From: Blastocatellia bacterium
Lineage (GTDB): Bacteria; Acidobacteriota; Blastocatellia; Chloracidobacteriales; JADJPF01
Direction of reading: 5' to 3'
Assembly: GCA_016713405.1 (NCBI GenBank)
Contig: JADJPF010000015.1
Coordinates: 1 to 64,000 of the forward strand
DNA: 64,000 nucleotides
The translations under genes were made by a program, and so were the position numbers. The notes under the pieces were generated by a model, which searched no databases, had not been told where the DNA came from, and was given only the letters and a program-made list of their open reading frames with translations. Within the stretch, counting starts at the first letter, position 1. Every line of letters starts with the position of its first letter. Below are positions 9,378-18,833 of this stretch, one piece after another.

Positions 9378-10322
9378 TTATTTTCTTGCAGAGATATAAA
9401 TTTTTACAGGTGGTTGCACTTTGTACACTTGAGCAAAGTTGTTTTGGTTGATTGCTAAGGCTAAATGGCCGCGAGAATCAATGTAAAGCAGAGGTTGGTT
9501 AACTGCCACATCACTAAAGGTTTTTACAAAAGGTAAGGAAATATTTTGCTCCCCTATTTTTATATTTATTTTTTCACTAATTTTATAGCCTAGTTTATAA
9601 AAAACTTCTGCATCAACATTGGTGACTAAATTTCCATAGGGGCCATCTAGCCCGATGACCTCAGCACTTAAGCCTTTTTCATCAATTTGTGCAGCACTGA
9701 TATTAAGTTTTACTAGCTCATTAATTGGTAATATGGGCCCTACTTTAGCCCAATTTTCACCTTTTGCTATGTGTGCTGCTACAGGTGAAAAAATATCTCG
9801 GCCATGAAAAGTTGATGACAAGGCTTGACCAATCATTAATTTAGTGTTGGTAATTTCCCTTACAGCTTCTAATCCGTCTTGTTGCTCAACTAGCGTTAGC
9901 AAACCATTGTTAGGCAAAACAAAATATTGACCGCGCTTTGATTTAGCTACAATAGCTTTTCTTTCACTCCCAACACCAGGATCTATAACAACTGCAAACA
10001 CTGTTGCAGGCGGGTAATAAGCAGTTGTTCCTGCCAAAAATCGCGCTCCATCTAAAATTGAGTAAGGCGTAACTTGATGGCTAATATCAATAATTTTAAG
10101 TTTTGGTTCGATTGAAAGCATTACACCTTTACAAATTGCTACAGAATCGTCAATTACTCCAAAATCAGACATAAACAGTATTGTAGGGCTGTTAGTTTGC
10201 TGAGTTTTCGGAGTTCGCTTTGAAGTTTGATAACTGCTAGCAAAAGTCATTAAGCTAGGCGACACCAACAAATTAAAAAGAATAAAAAAAGTAGCAAAAA
10301 TAGATAAGATTAATTTTTTCAT
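9378..10322 (-). CDS. SAM hydroxide adenosyltransferase family protein (fluorinase/chlorinase-like, DUF62) with an N-terminal signal/TM segment
   Basis: ILFMSDFGVIDDSVAICKGVMLSIEPKLKIIDISHQVTPYSILDGARFL...VIDPGVGSERKAI matches the SAM_HAT N-terminal domain. The start was moved to the internal ATG (MKKLILSIFATFF...) so the gene does not overlap the upstream MFS gene. The ORF track extends it to 10406. Confidence 0.7.
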   Translation of the reverse strand: MKKLILSIFATFFILFNLLVSPSLMTFASSYQTSKRTPKTQQTNSPTILFMSDFGVIDDSVAICKGVMLSIEPKLKIIDISHQVTPYSILDGARFLAGTTAYYPPATVFAVVIDPGVGSERKAIVAKSKRGQYFVLPNNGLLTLVEQQDGLEAVREITNTKLMIGQALSSTFHGRDIFSPVAAHIAKGENWAKVGPILPINELVKLNISAAQIDEKGLSAEVIGLDGPYGNLVTNVDAEVFYKLGYKISEKINIKIGEQNISLPFVKTFSDVAVNQPLLYIDSRGHLALAINQNNFAQVYKVQPPVKIYISARK

Positions 10323-10336
10323 ATAGATAAAACACT

Positions 10337-11524
10337 CTAAGCTTTTTGTTTGATTTTTAGCATCATTATTGCAGAAAGAAAACCAAGAAATAAACAACTT
10401 ATCCAAAGTGTTGATGCTCCAAAGTTTTCTAAAACGTTTGTACCAAAAACTGGCCCTAAAGTAGTTCCAAAACCAAAAGACATTGCAAAAATGCCCATGT
10501 ATTCACCACGTCTACTAACTGGTGAAACTTCAGCAACATAAGCAGAACTTGCAGGAAATAAAATCATTTCTCCAAAAGTCCAAATAACAACGCTAATTGC
10601 TGCTGTGATTGGATCGCTAATCCAAATCATTGCACCAAACCCTAGTGCAATTAAAATACAACCTAATGCTAGAGAATATTTGTAAGCCCAAGTGTTGGTG
10701 ACGGAATTAATAGGAATTTCTAGAAATGTGATAATTATTGTATTTAATGTAAATAATAAACCATAAATGGCTTCTGACATTTTTAGATCTCTAACTAAAT
10801 AGAGTGCTGCTGTACTTTCTAGCTGAAAAAATACTAATATAGTTGGAATTAGTGCTAGTAGGAAGTAAATAAAAGCTCTATTTTTAACTGGGGGCAATGG
10901 ATTATCAATGTTTTCTAGCTTTGCATGACTTTCGCTTTTTACGATAAAAGCTTTTTTTACATGCTTAAAGAAAAGTATAAGCACAATTCCTGCTACTAGT
11001 GAAGTAACACCATCTACAACAAATAGAAGAGGATAAGAAAAATAAACTAAAAAACCTCCAACCGCTGGGCCAACACTCATTCCTAGATTTATTGCTAGAC
11101 GATTTAAGGCAAAAGCTTGTTTTAACTGCGAGCTTGGGACTATTTCGCTAATTATTGCCATACAAGCTGGCCTAAAAGCTTCACTAATTATTGACCAAAT
11201 AAAGGTGAGGGCAACAATAGCTGGAAAACTATTGATAAAAGGAAATAAAAACAATGTTAAACCAGATAAAACTAGGGAGGTTTTCATCACTTTACTTGCA
11301 CCAATGTTGTCGGCAATACGCCCAGCTATTGGAGCCGTCAGTATTCCACCAATTCCATGCGCTATTAAAGCAAGACTAGCTTTTTGTGCTGGAATATTTA
11401 ATGCTTTGGTTAAATAGATCATTAAAAAAGGCAGTACCATAGTACCAGCACGATTTATTAACACGGTTGCAGACAGTAACCATAACTCTTTAGGTAAACC
11501 TTTAAGATCTCGCCAAGGATTCAT
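10337..11524 (-). CDS. MFS transporter
   Basis: 395 aa, about 12 predicted TM helices. MFS-like loop motifs (GRIADNIGASK). Confidence 0.75.
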   Translation of the reverse strand: MNPWRDLKGLPKELWLLSATVLINRAGTMVLPFLMIYLTKALNIPAQKASLALIAHGIGGILTAPIAGRIADNIGASKVMKTSLVLSGLTLFLFPFINSFPAIVALTFIWSIISEAFRPACMAIISEIVPSSQLKQAFALNRLAINLGMSVGPAVGGFLVYFSYPLLFVVDGVTSLVAGIVLILFFKHVKKAFIVKSESHAKLENIDNPLPPVKNRAFIYFLLALIPTILVFFQLESTAALYLVRDLKMSEAIYGLLFTLNTIIITFLEIPINSVTNTWAYKYSLALGCILIALGFGAMIWISDPITAAISVVIWTFGEMILFPASSAYVAEVSPVSRRGEYMGIFAMSFGFGTTLGPVFGTNVLENFGASTLWISCLFLGFLSAIMMLKIKQKA

Positions 11525-11730
11525 AAAAATTCTTCTACCCAGACAACAGCAATTTGAGCTACAAATTGGGGATTCACGGGATTTTTAGATTAAAAATTAA
11601 ACTTCTATTTGCTATTTGCAAGAATATAAACTAAAAACAAATACAAAAAGGCTTGCTAAATTGTTCTCTTTGTTGGCAGATTTGGCTTTAATGGCTATAA
11701 AAACTAATTGTAAAAGAGGAGATTATACAG

Positions 11731-12534
11731 ATGTTTACTGTTGGTGTGGTGCAAATAAATTCTACAGATAAAGTTTTAGACAACTTAAATCGTTGCGAGA
11801 AGCTTATTTGTCAAGCTGCTGAACGAGGGGCAACAATGGTAGCTTTGCCAGAAAATTTTGCTTATTTACGCTCAGAATCAGAAGCTGTTGAATATCGACA
11901 AACTCTTACAAGTGATTTAGTTACATGGTGTAAAGAGCTTGCTCAAAGATTAAAAATTTTTCTCCTAGCAGGAAGCTTTCCAGAAAAAACGGAAACGTCT
12001 GATAAAATATATAATACAAGCTTAGTTTTTGACACGGAAGGTAATATTATTGCTCATTACCGAAAAATACATCTTTTTGATGTTACATTGCCTGATGGTA
12101 CAGTGTTGATGGAATCGCAGTTTGTTCAAGCAGGCGGTGAAATGGTTACTACAACGGTATTAGGTCATAAAATAGGTTTAACTATTTGTTATGATTTGCG
12201 ATTTCCTGAACTTTATCGACGGCTAACTTTAGCTGGAGCAAAAGCTATTTTTGTCCCTTCGGCTTTTACATTGCAAACAGGGCGCGATCATTGGGAAGTG
12301 TTACTGCGAGCGCGAGCAATAGAAAATCAAGTTTATATAATTGCTCCAGCGCAATTTGGACAGCATACCCCAAAACGTGCTAGCTATGGTCGAGCTTTAA
12401 TTGTTGATCCTTGGGGAACTGTAATTGCAAAAGCATCTGATAAAGAAACTGTAATTCTTGCTGATTTAGATTTTGATTACCTTGATGCAATTCGTCAAAG
12501 AATGCCTTGTAGCAAACATATTAAGTTAATTTAA
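11731..12534 (+). CDS. Carbon-nitrogen hydrolase (nitrilase/Nit family amidase)
   Basis: 267 aa. VALPENF, HYRKIHLFD and GLTICYDLRFPELYR motifs (Glu-Lys-Cys catalytic triad context). Confidence 0.8.
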   Translation: MFTVGVVQINSTDKVLDNLNRCEKLICQAAERGATMVALPENFAYLRSESEAVEYRQTLTSDLVTWCKELAQRLKIFLLAGSFPEKTETSDKIYNTSLVFDTEGNIIAHYRKIHLFDVTLPDGTVLMESQFVQAGGEMVTTTVLGHKIGLTICYDLRFPELYRRLTLAGAKAIFVPSAFTLQTGRDHWEVLLRARAIENQVYIIAPAQFGQHTPKRASYGRALIVDPWGTVIAKASDKETVILADLDFDYLDAIRQRMPCSKHIKLI

Positions 12535-12546
12535 CTAGGAGATTTA

Positions 12547-13488
12547 ATGACTAACTTACGCGGTAACAAAACTTTGGAGCTAGTTTTATCTCGTGACAGC
12601 ACGATTTCAATTCATGAACAATTAGTAACACAACTAAGCTTGCAAATAGTTAATGGTCTGCTTAAACCAGGTGATAAACTTGCCTCAGTTCGTACCCTAG
12701 CACGTCGCTTAGGTATTCATCATAATACAGTTAGCACTGCTTATGGAGAATTAGCAGACCGTAATTTAGTAGAAATTAAACATGGAAGTGGAGTTTATGT
12801 AAGTAAACCTAGTTTAATTACTTCAGAAGAGACAGATTTAGATAGCATTATTCGTAGCTTTTTAGATGTTGCTCGTAAACAAGGCTATTCTTTGCAATCA
12901 ATTCGTGAGTCAGTAATAAAATGGTTAGATAAACAGCCGCCAGACCATATTTTAATTATTGAGCCAGCAAAAGATTTACAAAAAATATTAATTTATGAGC
13001 TAAAGCAGCATTTTGATTGTGAAATTTTAGCAGCAACTCCAACAGAAGTAGCTACAAAAACAGCAATTTTAACAGGTGCGCTTTCAGTTGCTACTATTTA
13101 TCATTCAGTAGAAATTAAGAAGTTATTACCTAAAGATATTTTACTAATAAATATAAATTTACAAACAGGTCAACAAGAAGCTGAAAAGCTTAAAAAGTTG
13201 CCTGTAGGGGCAATGGTTGGACTAATTTCTATTGGGGAAACAATGCTAGAGTTTGCCCGAATTGTGATAGGCTCTTTACGAGGGGAAGATTTAATGGTTA
13301 GAACAGAAATTTTTGCTGATACTAAAAAATGGCAATCGCTAGTTAATGTTGCTGATTTAGTTATTACAGATAGTTTTTGTTTTGAAAAAGTGGCTCAAGT
13401 TGCAGGGAAAAAAGTCTTACAACTAAACTTAATTTCCCCTCAAATAGTTCGTTATTTGCGTAATGCCTTAAAAAATTCTTTTAGCTAA
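12547..13488 (+). CDS. GntR-family transcriptional regulator
   Basis: N-terminal winged HTH: KPGDKLASVRTLARRLGIHHNTVSTAYGELADRNLVEIKHGSGVYV. 313 aa. 12 nt after the nitrilase-family gene, so likely the same operon. Confidence 0.7.
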   Translation: MTNLRGNKTLELVLSRDSTISIHEQLVTQLSLQIVNGLLKPGDKLASVRTLARRLGIHHNTVSTAYGELADRNLVEIKHGSGVYVSKPSLITSEETDLDSIIRSFLDVARKQGYSLQSIRESVIKWLDKQPPDHILIIEPAKDLQKILIYELKQHFDCEILAATPTEVATKTAILTGALSVATIYHSVEIKKLLPKDILLININLQTGQQEAEKLKKLPVGAMVGLISIGETMLEFARIVIGSLRGEDLMVRTEIFADTKKWQSLVNVADLVITDSFCFEKVAQVAGKKVLQLNLISPQIVRYLRNALKNSFS

Positions 13489-13491
13489 TAA

Positions 13492-14007
13492 TTAGGCAAT
13501 AATAACTGTGATAGTTGAAAATTTTTCATGAAATCTTAAATCTAGCCAAAAACCTAAAGTGTATTTTTGCTCTTGGTCAGCACCGTTTAAGGCTAAAACT
13601 ATTTCTTCACCACTTTCTATAACTTGAGCCGTGACATTAAATTTTGCTAAATAGGGATTAATTTCTTGTAAAAGGAAATTTTTAATTTCTTCTACAACAT
13701 AACTTTCAATTACTTTATCTTCTGTATTTTCAGCTAAATGAAAATGTAAGTCTTCCTCATCATCTCCAATATGATTATGAAAATCTAAAGTTGTACAAAA
13801 GCGACGTGACATAATAAGTCGAGCAATTTCTTCATGACAGGAGCCACAACCGCCGCCAGCTTTGCACTTACGGCGGACTTGAGCTACAGTATTTGCATCT
13901 ATTTCTAAAATTGTGTCTAAAACTTTTTGTCGGCTAACTTTTAAGCATAGACAAATTAACTCATCTGGAGAGCCTGTATAAATTCTACGGTCGCCATGTA
14001 AGTGCAT
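13492..14007 (-). CDS. BFD-like [2Fe-2S]-binding domain protein with a NifU-like C-terminal region
   Basis: CLCLKVSRQKVLDTI...VRRKCKAGGGCGSCHEEIARLI is the BFD-like [2Fe-2S]-binding pattern (C-x-C...C-x2-C). The C-terminal part resembles the Nfu/NifU C-terminal domain. Confidence 0.6.
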   Translation of the reverse strand: MHLHGDRRIYTGSPDELICLCLKVSRQKVLDTILEIDANTVAQVRRKCKAGGGCGSCHEEIARLIMSRRFCTTLDFHNHIGDDEEDLHFHLAENTEDKVIESYVVEEIKNFLLQEINPYLAKFNVTAQVIESGEEIVLALNGADQEQKYTLGFWLDLRFHEKFSTITVIIA

Positions 14008-14039
14008 AAATTTTCCTTTTCTGATTTTATTAATAAAAA

Positions 14040-14606
14040 TTATTCAGCCGCTTCATAAGCTTGTTTAATCCAGTTAATAAGCTCTGAGTCTACTTCATCA
14101 ACAGTTGTTAACTTTACCTTAAAATGACACATACTATTAGCAGGCATTTCAGCTAGTCTATCAGTAGCTTGAAGACTTTTTAGGTTTATCCCCACTTCAA
14201 CACGACTATTAGTAGCAGGTGTAATCATTGCAAATTGTTTTTTACGACGTAGACTAACATAGCCTTTTTTTGGTGCAATTTCAAATGTGCCAAATTCATT
14301 AATTGCTTCCATTAGCTTTTCATGGATTGGTCGTAAACTAGCCTTAGTTCCTGCGTAAATTTCATTAAGTATGTCAGTTGATGAATTATCTTTAGTTTCA
14401 TTTTCAGCAGGCTTAAGAAATAAATGTGTTAGAGTGTTAGCATCTCCATGCCCTAAAGTTAAGTCTTTTTTAAGCATGTCTCGGATTTCACCATGTTTTG
14501 CAAGGCCACTTTGTTTAATTATTGACATTAAATCATCTAGAGTTTTACCTGTTTTTGTTTGAATATTTTTTAGCTGAGTTTCAATAGCTTTGTTAACATC
14601 ACTCAT
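14040..14606 (-). CDS. DUF4287/DUF5655 domain protein
   Basis: N-terminus MSDVNKAIETQLKNIQTKTGKTLDDLMSIIKQSGLAKHGEIRDMLKKDLTLGHGDANTL resembles DUF4287 family members. 188 aa. Confidence 0.5.
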   Translation of the reverse strand: MSDVNKAIETQLKNIQTKTGKTLDDLMSIIKQSGLAKHGEIRDMLKKDLTLGHGDANTLTHLFLKPAENETKDNSSTDILNEIYAGTKASLRPIHEKLMEAINEFGTFEIAPKKGYVSLRRKKQFAMITPATNSRVEVGINLKSLQATDRLAEMPANSMCHFKVKLTTVDEVDSELINWIKQAYEAAE

Positions 14607-14753
14607 AGATTTTTCCTTTCAATAGCTTGTTTTTATCATTTAAAAGGCTTTGCTAGCTTTGTTATGAGTACTAGATTTAAGCGTGTTATATTAGCAAGAT
14701 CAAGTTTTCTTTATCTATCAAATTTTCCAAAAAGCAGTTTAGGATAAATTTTT

Positions 14754-16118
14754 ATGTTTAGCCCAGAAACCATTATTACCGAGCAAATAGCAAATAATTA
14801 TTGGCCTACTTTATCACCAGAAATTTACAAAAAACGTCGGGAAGAATTTTTGTCAAAACTAGGTAATGGAGTAGCAATTTTTCCTAGCGCACCAACTACT
14901 ATTCGCACTAATGACACAGATTATCGTTATAGACAAAATAGCGATTTATATTATTTAACAGGATTTACTGAACCAGAAACAGTATGTTTACTTGCACCAA
15001 ACCACCTAGAACATAAGTTTGTCTTATTTGTTCGTCCTCGAAATGAGGAAAAGGAGATTTGGGAAGGGCGACGAGTGGGCCCGGAAGGAGCTAAAGAATT
15101 ACTTGGCGCAGATGCTACTTATGAAATTGAAAAGTTGGATGAAGAACTACCTAAATACTTAGAAAAAGTAGATTTTATTTACTATTCATTAGGCAATGAG
15201 CAGCGTTTTGACCAAAGAATTATTAATTTAATTAAATATTTTCGCTCAATGCGTCGGCGCAATGGTGTAGGGCCTTATTCAATAATTGACCCAACGGAAA
15301 TTTTACAAGAAATGCGGCTTATTAAAACACCTGAAGAACTAGAACTGATGAGACGTTCGGCTACAATTGCTGCACAAGCTCATTTAGCTGCAATGAAAGC
15401 AGTTAAGGTTGGGATGTATGAGTTTGAAATTGAAGCAATTATTGAGCATTATTTTCGTCGAAGTGGTGCTAATGCACCAGCTTATAACTCAATTGTTGGA
15501 GCAGGTGCTAATGCTACAATTTTGCATTATGTAGAAAATAACTGCCAGATAAAGGATAACGATCTTTTACTAGTAGATGCTGGTGCAGAATATGAGCATT
15601 ATTGTTCAGATATTACCCGAACTTATCCGGCTAATGGACGATTTACTAAGGAACAAAAAGAAATCTATGAAATTGTTTTGGCGGCTCAACTTGCTGCAAT
15701 TGAAAAAGTAAAGCCAGGTGCAGCCTTTGATGATGTTCATCAAGCAGCTTTAGATATAATTGTAGACGGACTTTTTAATTTAGGGCTGCTTTCTGGTGAA
15801 CGGGAAAAAGTTATAGAAGAAAAACAATATCAAAAGTTTTTTATGCACCGTACTAGCCATTGGTTAGGGATAGATACACATGATGTAGGTAAATATAAAC
15901 AATCCGATGAGTCGCGTATATTAGAGCCAGGAATGATACTAACCGTTGAGCCAGGAATTTATATTAGACCAATGGATGATGTACCAACAAAAGATCATAA
16001 TATTGGAATACGTATTGAAGATGATGTATTAGTTACTGAGCAAGGGTCAGAAATATTAACTGCTTTTGTACCAAAGCAAATCAATGAATTAGAAGCAATT
16101 ATTGGACGGGGGAATTAG
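14754..16118 (+). CDS. pepP: Xaa-Pro aminopeptidase (M24B)
   Basis: 454 aa. M24 metal-binding motifs (LLVDAGAEYEHYCSDITRT, HRTSHWLGIDTHDVG, GMILTVEPGIY, GIRIEDDVLVT). N-terminal AMP_N domain. Confidence 0.85.
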   Translation: MFSPETIITEQIANNYWPTLSPEIYKKRREEFLSKLGNGVAIFPSAPTTIRTNDTDYRYRQNSDLYYLTGFTEPETVCLLAPNHLEHKFVLFVRPRNEEKEIWEGRRVGPEGAKELLGADATYEIEKLDEELPKYLEKVDFIYYSLGNEQRFDQRIINLIKYFRSMRRRNGVGPYSIIDPTEILQEMRLIKTPEELELMRRSATIAAQAHLAAMKAVKVGMYEFEIEAIIEHYFRRSGANAPAYNSIVGAGANATILHYVENNCQIKDNDLLLVDAGAEYEHYCSDITRTYPANGRFTKEQKEIYEIVLAAQLAAIEKVKPGAAFDDVHQAALDIIVDGLFNLGLLSGEREKVIEEKQYQKFFMHRTSHWLGIDTHDVGKYKQSDESRILEPGMILTVEPGIYIRPMDDVPTKDHNIGIRIEDDVLVTEQGSEILTAFVPKQINELEAIIGRGN

Positions 16119-16122
16119 AAAA

Positions 16123-16833
16123 ATGAAGCGTTGCCCAATATGCGATAAGATGTGGGAGATTAATAAAGTATTTTGTCCCTGGGATGGATACCGGCTAAAG
16201 GAAATGACACCTGAAGAAGTGACAGAAAGAATGGCTGCTAATGCTATAGAGCCACAATTTGAAATCTTTGAAGAAATAAGAAAGATGGATAAAACATTGC
16301 TTGATTCTGTAGCTGAATTTGGGGCAACAGAAACCAGCAAATTAGTTGATATTGCTATTTCTGCATTGGAAAAACGCCGGGAACGTGACCAAGAAAATGT
16401 CCGTGATCAAATGAAACTAATAGATTTATTTAATCTGCATTGTAGGACAATGCAATATTTTGTTGATCGGCTGAAAGGACAAAGTGAATTATTCTCCTTT
16501 CAAATTGAACATAGAGACGATGTGGATCAAATGTATATGGTTTTTGTAGTCTCTTTTGGACAAGCTCAGTATCGACGGCATTTTCCTGTAAAGATTACTT
16601 ATTTTCGTGATCCTGTTAGGGAAGTTACTTTTGAAATCAATCTTCATGATATTGCAGATAATAAAGATAAAAGACACTTAAAAACAGAAAGAGTTGGAGG
16701 AAAAGCAGAAACAAATATTTTTGGACATAAATATTTTATAGCTGCTCCTAAAGGTTTAGAAGGTATTGAACTGCTCCAATGGTTGGAAAATTCATTTAAG
16801 GATGTTTTCAAACAAGCTTACTCAGTTGATTAA
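16123..16833 (+). CDS. Hypothetical protein with N-terminal zinc-ribbon (CPxC...FCPxDG)
   Basis: MKRCPICDKMWEINKVFCPWDGYRL zinc-ribbon, then about 210 aa of unknown function. The start was moved from the ORF-track 16102 to the ATG at 16123. Confidence 0.5.
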   Translation: MKRCPICDKMWEINKVFCPWDGYRLKEMTPEEVTERMAANAIEPQFEIFEEIRKMDKTLLDSVAEFGATETSKLVDIAISALEKRRERDQENVRDQMKLIDLFNLHCRTMQYFVDRLKGQSELFSFQIEHRDDVDQMYMVFVVSFGQAQYRRHFPVKITYFRDPVREVTFEINLHDIADNKDKRHLKTERVGGKAETNIFGHKYFIAAPKGLEGIELLQWLENSFKDVFKQAYSVD

Positions 16834-16840
16834 GTAGTTA

Positions 16841-16885
16841 AAAAATAAATGTCTTGCTTACATTTTAGCAAGACATTTATTTTGA
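16841..16885. terminator. Bidirectional intrinsic terminator hairpin between convergent genes
   Basis: aaataaatgtcttgc-ttacatttta-gcaagacatttattt: a 15-16 bp perfect stem flanked by A/T runs on both sides. Confidence 0.6.
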
Positions 16886-16903
16886 ATGTTTTCCAAAGTT
16901 ATT

Positions 16904-17686
16904 TTAATTTTGTTGTGTTGTGGGTTCTGCTGTCTCTACAGGTTTAGTTATTTCAGTAGTTCTATTCAGTAATATATCTGCATCTAATCTAACTTGTAAG
17001 CGTGAACCAGATAATAATTCAATATCACGTCCTCTTGCTAATAACACTCCACCTAAACCAACTCCAGCACCAATGCCAGCACCAATACCAGCACCAGCAG
17101 CACCTCCAGTAATTGCACCAATACCAGCACCTATGCCAGTTTGAGTTGCTACTGTTCCAGCTTTACTTTTTCCTTTGCTTGGATCTTTTATTTTACCTTC
17201 TCCATCTTCTTCTACTACTTGATCAGTGCGGTTAATCACAGAAAAAAGAGAAGCTTTCAAAGGAATTTTTGTTCCATCATCTAAAATTAGTTCATCAAAA
17301 CCAATGGTTAAAGATCCATTTTTTCCCTTACGTGCTGCTGCTTCAACATTTATTATGTGGCATTTAACCGATGCTCTAGTAAGTGCTAGTTTATCCTTAA
17401 CAAATACTGGTTCAGATAATCTAACAATAAACTCTTCACCTTTTTTATTAGTTTTTGAGCTTAAAGATTGATCTAAATGTAGGTTTAACAAAGTATTTTT
17501 AGGGATTTTGTCAGCAGTTGGAGTGTTTGAAGGAATTGAAGTGCTATTACTATTGCTACGGGAAAGAGAATTAGGAGTGTTACTATCACGAGATTTTACA
17601 CGTCCAGATTGAGCAAAAACATTAGCTGAAAAAAGATTGGCTATTAAAAAAAGAGTAAAAGATAAAGATAATTTTTTTAATGACAT
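16904..17686 (-). CDS. Secreted glycine-zipper protein
   Basis: Signal peptide MSLKKLSLSFTLFLIANLFSANVFAQ. Ser/Thr/Asn-rich linker. C-terminal GIGAGIGAITGGAAGAGIGAGIGAGVGLGG glycine-zipper. Confidence 0.55.
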   Translation of the reverse strand: MSLKKLSLSFTLFLIANLFSANVFAQSGRVKSRDSNTPNSLSRSNSNSTSIPSNTPTADKIPKNTLLNLHLDQSLSSKTNKKGEEFIVRLSEPVFVKDKLALTRASVKCHIINVEAAARKGKNGSLTIGFDELILDDGTKIPLKASLFSVINRTDQVVEEDGEGKIKDPSKGKSKAGTVATQTGIGAGIGAITGGAAGAGIGAGIGAGVGLGGVLLARGRDIELLSGSRLQVRLDADILLNRTTEITKPVETAEPTTQQN

Positions 17687-17781
17687 AATAATTATTTACC
17701 TCAAATTACCAGATCTACCCTTTGAATAATAGAATAGGCCATTGGATGTTGCAAACAATCTAATTAGGTAAATAGAGACTA

Positions 17782-18477
17782 TTACTTTTTAAGCTGAAAA
17801 GTCTCGTCATAATCGGCTAAGGTTGGAAAAACAAGTTTAGGTGTTTCGTTAACACTTAATAACCTTTGTTTATATTCTTCTAAGTAAGCTTTGCGGCGTT
17901 CAGTGTTAACACGGCTAACACCATAAGCTATAAATGGTGGTAAGACATCAAAGCCAACAAAATAAAGGATTCCATGATTAATAGGGAAAAGAATTTGGTG
18001 AATACTTCCATTTAATCCTAATGGAGTATACATTGACTCACCGCCTCCAGTAGTAAGCACAAGCATAGCTTTTTTGCCATGAAAAACACCCTGGTCATAC
18101 CATTTACCCCCGCCATAAATGCGACCCATAGCAAAAACACGATCTACCCAACCTTTTAATATTGCTGGAAGACCAAACCACCAAAGTGGGAATTGAAAAA
18201 CTAGTACATCACACCAATCTAGTTTAGCCATTTCAGCTTTTACATCAGAGGCAAAGCTATCTGTTTCTGAAGCAAAGATTTCTTCAACTTGTTGTTTATA
18301 GTAATGTGGCTCTTTGACATTAAGGAAATTGTGACGACCAGAAACAGGATTAAATTGTCTACCATAAAGATCAGATACTATTATTTCATGTCCTGAGCAG
18401 GCAAAACTTCTTTGGCTAAATTAAGCATCGCACCATTAAAGCTTTTTGGTTCTGGGTGTGCATAGACAACAAAATAC
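17782..18477 (-). CDS. NAD(P)H dehydrogenase (quinone)/flavodoxin-like fold protein (NQO1/MdaB-like), frameshifted near 18390
   Basis: ORF track gives only the C-terminal 149 aa. Translating upstream gives MKYFVVYAHPEPKSFNGAMLNLAKEVLPAQ, then a stop. A 1-nt shift at 'gtcctgag' continues GHEIIVSDLYGRQFNPVSGRHNFL...AKLDWCDVLVFQFPLWWFG into the listed ORF. Confidence 0.7.
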
Positions 18478-18558
18478 TTCTATCTTTTATACTCCTGCGC
18501 TTTTTGGGGAAGTTATTTTAGAAGTTTAATATGTTAAGACTTAGTTTTGTCAAACTGA

Positions 18559-18828
18559 TTATTCTGTTTTATTAATAATATTGCGCAATTTAGTACTAGG
18601 TACAAAACGAATTATGGTTTTACTAGTTGATGGCGGGGGATTTTCTAGGGGATTTTCTGATTTAGCAAAAAGCTTGAACCCTCCAAAATCCCCTAAACTA
18701 ACTTGTCCATCTTTTCTTAACCCTTCTGCTACACCACTTAAAATAAGATTAATAGCCCGTTCCGCTGAATCTAGCGGGAGATTTGTATCACGGGCTACTT
18801 TTTCAATTAAGTTAGTTTTTTTGCTCAT
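18559..18828 (-). CDS. HU/IHF-family DNA-binding protein (divergent arm)
   Basis: 89 aa. N-terminal helices typical of HU (MSKKTNLIEKVARDTNLPLDSAERAINLILSGVAEGLRKDGQVSLGDFGGFK). The beta-arm lacks the canonical R-N-P-x-T and reads ENPLENPPPSTSKTIIRF. Confidence 0.6.
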   Translation of the reverse strand: MSKKTNLIEKVARDTNLPLDSAERAINLILSGVAEGLRKDGQVSLGDFGGFKLFAKSENPLENPPPSTSKTIIRFVPSTKLRNIINKTE

Positions 18829-18833
18829 AGAAA

